41,027 nucleotides of DNA, taken from positions 1 to 41,027 of the IMG/VR virus record IMGVR_UViG_3300017548_000196; one strand, given 5' to 3'. Both the position numbers and the translations under genes were made by a program. This document shows positions 36,748 to 41,027 of the stretch, piece after piece; position 1 is the stretch's first letter; every line of letters begins with the position of its first letter. The notes under the pieces were generated by a model. That model was not told the DNA's origin, did not search any database, and saw only the letters and a program-made list of their open reading frames with translations. Origin of the DNA: a virus (taxonomy: Duplodnaviria; Caudoviricetes).

Positions 36748-37797
36748 ATGACCATTACCCAGCAGCCATCGGCCGTCAATTTATCTGGCAACCTCGCCGA
36801 CTTCATTCTCGATGATGTGGCGGCGCCCGTTACCTTCAAACTCTACCAGGGCGCTACTCAGGTATTGGATGAACTATATCATCCCGATGTCAATGGCCGT
36901 ATCCAAATCAAATTCCGCGAACTGGTGGATATGCTGCTGTATGCCGAAGTGCCCGACTATTCGCAGACCGTATACCATCAGCAGTATGCCTACAGCGAGT
37001 TCACCGCCAACATAGCGGAAGAAGACCCAATCGTGTTCACCGTGGTGAAAGGTTTCCTGCAACGGGCCGATTTCGATGTCGATCAGTTCGTGTCATTCAA
37101 CTGGCTCACCACGCAGCCGACCAATAAGGCGGTTAAATTTCACGACCCCGAATGGCTCACTTGTTATCCGTTGGAGGCAGTCAACGTCCGCATCCGAGCT
37201 ACATTTTCCAACGGCACCACCCAGACCATCACCTACGCCACGCTCGAAGCAAATAAAGTTCAATCCATCAATCTTAACCCAGGGTTGATCATCGGCCAGT
37301 TCAGTGCCGAGCCGGTCAAATGGGATGTGTATACGGAAGCTTCAGGCCAGCAACGCCAATACATCCAAACGTATCGCTATAGCACGGTGTGCGATGAGTA
37401 CGACGATCTATTCATCTTCCAGAACCGTCTCGGTGGTATCGATACCATCCGTTTCATCGGCACGGCTACCCGCGCGGATAGCACCCTGTTCGAAAACGCG
37501 CGGTTTGATGAATACGTTGTCGATTTCTTTGCGGAGCCTGAGCTGGCCATGCAAAAGAGCACCGGTTCCCTAGCCACCCGCGCCGAGCTCGACCACGCGT
37601 TAGACTTCTTCCGGTCCATGCGTAAACACCACCTAACCCGCGGTTATATCGCCGGAATATACATCGCTGAAAAACCCGCACTCGAAAGCACAAAAGGCTT
37701 ACTCAACAATTATCGATTTGGATTTTCATACAGCGATTTCAAGATCGCGTATCCCGAAATAGCCACGCCGCCACAATTATTGGAATTACCCGAATAG
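36748..37797 (+). CDS. Tail structural protein
   Basis: 349 aa beta-rich with FQNRLGGIDTIRF pattern. Confidence 0.6.
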   Translation: MTITQQPSAVNLSGNLADFILDDVAAPVTFKLYQGATQVLDELYHPDVNGRIQIKFRELVDMLLYAEVPDYSQTVYHQQYAYSEFTANIAEEDPIVFTVVKGFLQRADFDVDQFVSFNWLTTQPTNKAVKFHDPEWLTCYPLEAVNVRIRATFSNGTTQTITYATLEANKVQSINLNPGLIIGQFSAEPVKWDVYTEASGQQRQYIQTYRYSTVCDEYDDLFIFQNRLGGIDTIRFIGTATRADSTLFENARFDEYVVDFFAEPELAMQKSTGSLATRAELDHALDFFRSMRKHHLTRGYIAGIYIAEKPALESTKGLLNNYRFGFSYSDFKIAYPEIATPPQLLELPE

Positions 37798-37807
37798 ATA
37801 TATCGCC

Positions 37808-39745
37808 ATGTTACAACCGCAATTCAATAAATACCCGAAACCAACGGATTTAAACAGCCTTTACTTTTTGGCACAGCAGGCTTTTGAAGCCGGATTCCGT
37901 GGTACCACGTTCATAGAACTGGTGAACTATATTGTCGATTTCCTTCCAGAGCGACTTGCACAATTCCAGATTCTCGATGTAGGTCCGTCCGATTCGCCCG
38001 TAGCGACCGATGATATTACCCGGACATATCAACCAACGGAAAGTGGTACGTATGTCAATTTTTTAGACAGTGACAACAATTCTTTGGAAGTGGATTTGAC
38101 TAATGGTTTTGTTACTATCACTGGGAATGCGGTTGATGGGTTTAAGACCGTAACGACCCCCATCAACCTAGCGGGATACCTCCAGACATCGGAGATAATC
38201 AAGACGGCGATTGGATTCCGGATATCCCTAGCTGACCCGGACAGCTTCGTGCTTAATTCCAGAGTGGTAATAGCCGATGGAACGATAATAGGTGACGGTT
38301 CTGGTAATTACGTTAGGACCCCGTTTATAGCCATAGACGGCGGTAAGGATGTAGTGATGACCCGGGGCATCAATACGGCACAGTCGATAGCTTTCTATTC
38401 ATCAGCAAACACCGGTGACTGGATTTCCAGCATAAGCGGCGGACCCGCGCCCACGACCACGATAACTCCGCCACCGGGCACCACGCACATGATGACCAAC
38501 CCTTCGACGCAAAGCTCGACAAGGGCGGCGGATATAGCGGCATTTGGCATCTACCAAGACGGGGAGCCAGTGATAGGCACGATAGAAGGGGTAAGTCTGT
38601 TGGCTAAGGGGTTAAGTAGTAAGACAGATATAATAACGCAACCGTCCATCCTGTACAGGAATGATAGCGAGAACATCTATTCGGTCGGGCAGGTACAAGA
38701 TGACATGTACGTATTCTCTTCGGGGGCGTTAGGAGTGGGCGCCAGTAGGCCAATTACCGATTATTCAATGGCCCGTGTGCCAATTGACCGCAGTAAGGGC
38801 ACGGAAGTGTCATGGCTACGACTGGCTACGCCCGGAACATTTGGCTTTTTCTTCGACGCCAACCACAGGCCGATATCCGGTATAACCGGCCTCAATTCCG
38901 AGCCTACGGGTACGGCAGCTATTCCAGAAGGCGCGGAGTGGCTATATGTGAACGTGTCTCAACAACCACTCGCCAGGGACAAGCAGAAGAACCAGATGAC
39001 CATCGTCTACGGAGACACCATTCCTACGGAGCATATCCCGCAACGTTCACTATCTGCGGTAGGCAGCACACTCATCTCTCATCCTTACTCGGGCAAGACG
39101 GTAGTCGCCATCGGTGACAGTATAACCACATATGAGCGAATCGAGCCGGATACACAGAACACCGATAGCAATTACGTGGTCAGGATGTGCAGCGAGGTCG
39201 GTGCATTGCTTCTAGAAAACTATTCGATAGGAGGTAGCACGATAAGCCAGAGATCGTCAGACCCGACTGGCCGCAATCCAATCAGCATCCGCTATGTTGA
39301 TATGCGCGATGACGCAGATTTGATTATTGTGTCGGCAGGAACTAACGACTGCACACACGCATGGACGCCGTTGGGGGCTTTCGAGGATTCAACGGTTAAT
39401 ACCTTTTATGGGGCAATGCATGTGCTTTGTGAAGGCCTTAAAGAGAAATACGTAGGTGGCCAAATAATATTTTTAACGCCAATAAGGAGATACCACGCTC
39501 CTGCGGGTATGACGACACCCACATCGCCCAACGCCAACGGTGAGACGCCACAGCAATATGTCGATGCAATCATTGAGGTGTGCAACTACTACGGCATACC
39601 GGTTCTTGACAATTACCGTACATGTATCCTGAATCCTTTTATTTCCGAATACAGAAGTGAGTATATGAGTGACGGTACCCACCCGAACGCGGCCGGACAT
39701 ATTATCATGAAGGATAGGCTTGTTAACTTTTTAAGGCAGTTGTGA
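37808..39745 (+). CDS. Tail spike / receptor-binding protein with C-terminal SGNH (GDSL) hydrolase
   Basis: Blocks GDSIT, GGST, GTND, DGTHPN; last gene of tail module. Confidence 0.8.
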   Translation: MLQPQFNKYPKPTDLNSLYFLAQQAFEAGFRGTTFIELVNYIVDFLPERLAQFQILDVGPSDSPVATDDITRTYQPTESGTYVNFLDSDNNSLEVDLTNGFVTITGNAVDGFKTVTTPINLAGYLQTSEIIKTAIGFRISLADPDSFVLNSRVVIADGTIIGDGSGNYVRTPFIAIDGGKDVVMTRGINTAQSIAFYSSANTGDWISSISGGPAPTTTITPPPGTTHMMTNPSTQSSTRAADIAAFGIYQDGEPVIGTIEGVSLLAKGLSSKTDIITQPSILYRNDSENIYSVGQVQDDMYVFSSGALGVGASRPITDYSMARVPIDRSKGTEVSWLRLATPGTFGFFFDANHRPISGITGLNSEPTGTAAIPEGAEWLYVNVSQQPLARDKQKNQMTIVYGDTIPTEHIPQRSLSAVGSTLISHPYSGKTVVAIGDSITTYERIEPDTQNTDSNYVVRMCSEVGALLLENYSIGGSTISQRSSDPTGRNPISIRYVDMRDDADLIIVSAGTNDCTHAWTPLGAFEDSTVNTFYGAMHVLCEGLKEKYVGGQIIFLTPIRRYHAPAGMTTPTSPNANGETPQQYVDAIIEVCNYYGIPVLDNYRTCILNPFISEYRSEYMSDGTHPNAAGHIIMKDRLVNFLRQL

Positions 39746-39746
39746 C

Positions 39747-41027
39747 TTAACTGATTCCTTTCACGCGCCCCCTTCCCGCCACATCCTCAAACCCCTCCTG
39801 CAATTTCATGACCTGAGCCATATTATATTCCTCATCCAGGTGAGCATAACGCTCGGTGGTTGCTATTTTCTTGTGGCCCATAATTTTTTTGAGCCCATAC
39901 AGGTTGCCAGATGTCGTCATGTAAAGATAACCAAAGGTGTGCCGGCCAACATGGCTCTTTAAATTCTTGCGGATTTCAGCTTTTATTGCCAATTCTTTGA
40001 GCGTCCGGTTATATTCCTGCTCACTTGGCAATTCGAAGAAAGTTTTTGCGGTATCATCCACCAACGACTTTGCCATTGCATTCAGTGGGATGTGCACAGT
40101 AGTCGGCGACTTGCGCCGATTTTTCCACTGCGTAAAAACGAGTAAGTCATCTGTAACCAACCATTCCGAGTTTGAACGATATAGATCAGAAATCCGAAGA
40201 CTGGTAAAACACGTAAAAAGAAACGCCTTTAATACGTTCCGTTGCACTTCCGTAAGACGCCCCGATCTTAGCACAATCATCATCCGCCTGAGCTCATCCC
40301 TATTCAGAAAAACAGTTTCCTCTTCCGGTGGTGGATTTGGAAATTCAACCGCCTCTTCCGATACGTATATTTGTGGGTCGTCACTTGCCAGCTTTAAGTA
40401 AGCTTTTAAATCTTTCATTCGCCGCCATATTGTCCCCGGTTTCCGGTATCTAGGTGGCTTATCTTGCGCGGCGATATTCTTGCTTTGCAGGTGTATTTTA
40501 AACCCATTCATCCACTTCGTATCCAGTTCCGAAAACGAAATGAATTCCTTATAATCGGTTAGTAGATTAATCAGTGTACCCGCGCTTTCTTTAGTTTCGG
40601 CAGAAATATCGCCGTCTTTGAACCGCTCCCTACTGGCCAATTCGATGTATCGAACCACTGATTTGGTCGGGTCAGCAAATTTTAACGCTCGCCTAAACAG
40701 TTTAATGGTCAAAGCCTGGTTAGACAGCCGGTAACGTTTCGCGATGTCGTTATATTTGGCACGCTCCGACATGATGATCATGTTATAATCATTCACATCC
40801 GGATCATCGCGGAACCTGGGAAGCAATACGCTGGCCTTACAGTCCACCTTATCGGCTGGCCACCGCAGCTTTAATGGAAAATTGTCGTCTTCGTACCGGC
40901 CGGGCACACTGATATACACGTATAGGTAAATCGAGACCTCACCGGTCTTTTTTGAAATCGCATGTTTATGGAAAAACAGCCTGCTAGAAAAGGAAAACAT
41001 TTTGGTTTCTACAACAGATTCAACCAT
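39747..41027 (-). CDS. int: Tyrosine recombinase / phage integrase (start may be 41000)
   Basis: TSLRISD, HVGRHTF, MGHKKIATTERYAH catalytic motifs; N-terminal arm-binding-like domain. Confidence 0.93.
   Translation of the reverse strand: MVESVVETKMFSFSSRLFFHKHAISKKTGEVSIYLYVYISVPGRYEDDNFPLKLRWPADKVDCKASVLLPRFRDDPDVNDYNMIIMSERAKYNDIAKRYRLSNQALTIKLFRRALKFADPTKSVVRYIELASRERFKDGDISAETKESAGTLINLLTDYKEFISFSELDTKWMNGFKIHLQSKNIAAQDKPPRYRKPGTIWRRMKDLKAYLKLASDDPQIYVSEEAVEFPNPPPEEETVFLNRDELRRMMIVLRSGRLTEVQRNVLKAFLFTCFTSLRISDLYRSNSEWLVTDDLLVFTQWKNRRKSPTTVHIPLNAMAKSLVDDTAKTFFELPSEQEYNRTLKELAIKAEIRKNLKSHVGRHTFGYLYMTTSGNLYGLKKIMGHKKIATTERYAHLDEEYNMAQVMKLQEGFEDVAGRGRVKGIS

Larger units (their letters stand above)
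1..41027. mobile_element. Temperate siphovirus-like prophage of a Bacteroidota host (ends/att sites and repressor not visible in window)
   Basis: Co-oriented replication, head, terminase, portal, tape-measure and tail genes plus terminal tyrosine integrase; frequent ATGA overlaps; TAnnTTTG promoter boxes. Confidence 0.95.

Noticed and set aside
33766-39745. Second VR in tail genes
   Set aside because: No match to TR invariant anchors (CTGTCGT, GTCnGCTCCCG) found by eye; a masked computational search would be decisive
39700-41027. att site or tRNA next to integrase
   Set aside because: Integrase abuts the tail spike stop and the window edge; no terminal direct repeat or tRNA visible

Overview
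The whole window is the bulk of a temperate tailed prophage of a Bacteroidota host. Host assignment is inferred from TAnnTTTG -7 promoter boxes, A-rich starts without Shine-Dalgarno sites, and the gene families present. Left part (1-12.4 kb): early/replication genes, including a primase-helicase, an HNH protein and a PAPS-reductase/DndC-like gene. It also carries a compact diversity-generating retroelement (DGR): a 157-aa target with its variable repeat (VR) at 1966-2037, a template repeat (TR) at 2161-2232 differing only at TR adenines (15 of 20), a YADD reverse transcriptase, and a 100-aa putative accessory gene, with no recognisable avd. An iteron-like TTACA/TGTAA region and a candidate regulator flanked by operator-like repeats follow. 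Right part (14-39.7 kb): S49 protease, capsid, putative tail tube, a Stealth-like transferase, DUF5675 lysin, terminase, portal, tape measure, tail genes and an SGNH tail spike, ending in a tyrosine integrase. Most notable: (i) the DGR diversifies a small early-region protein rather than the tail spike; (ii) a Stealth-like sugar-phosphotransferase gene directly follows two structural genes with Ser-rich C-termini, a candidate virion-modification system; (iii) six GTCCTTT-N20-(-7 box) putative late promoters alternate with morons carrying canonical host -7 boxes. All product calls come from motif recognition by eye; no database search was run.
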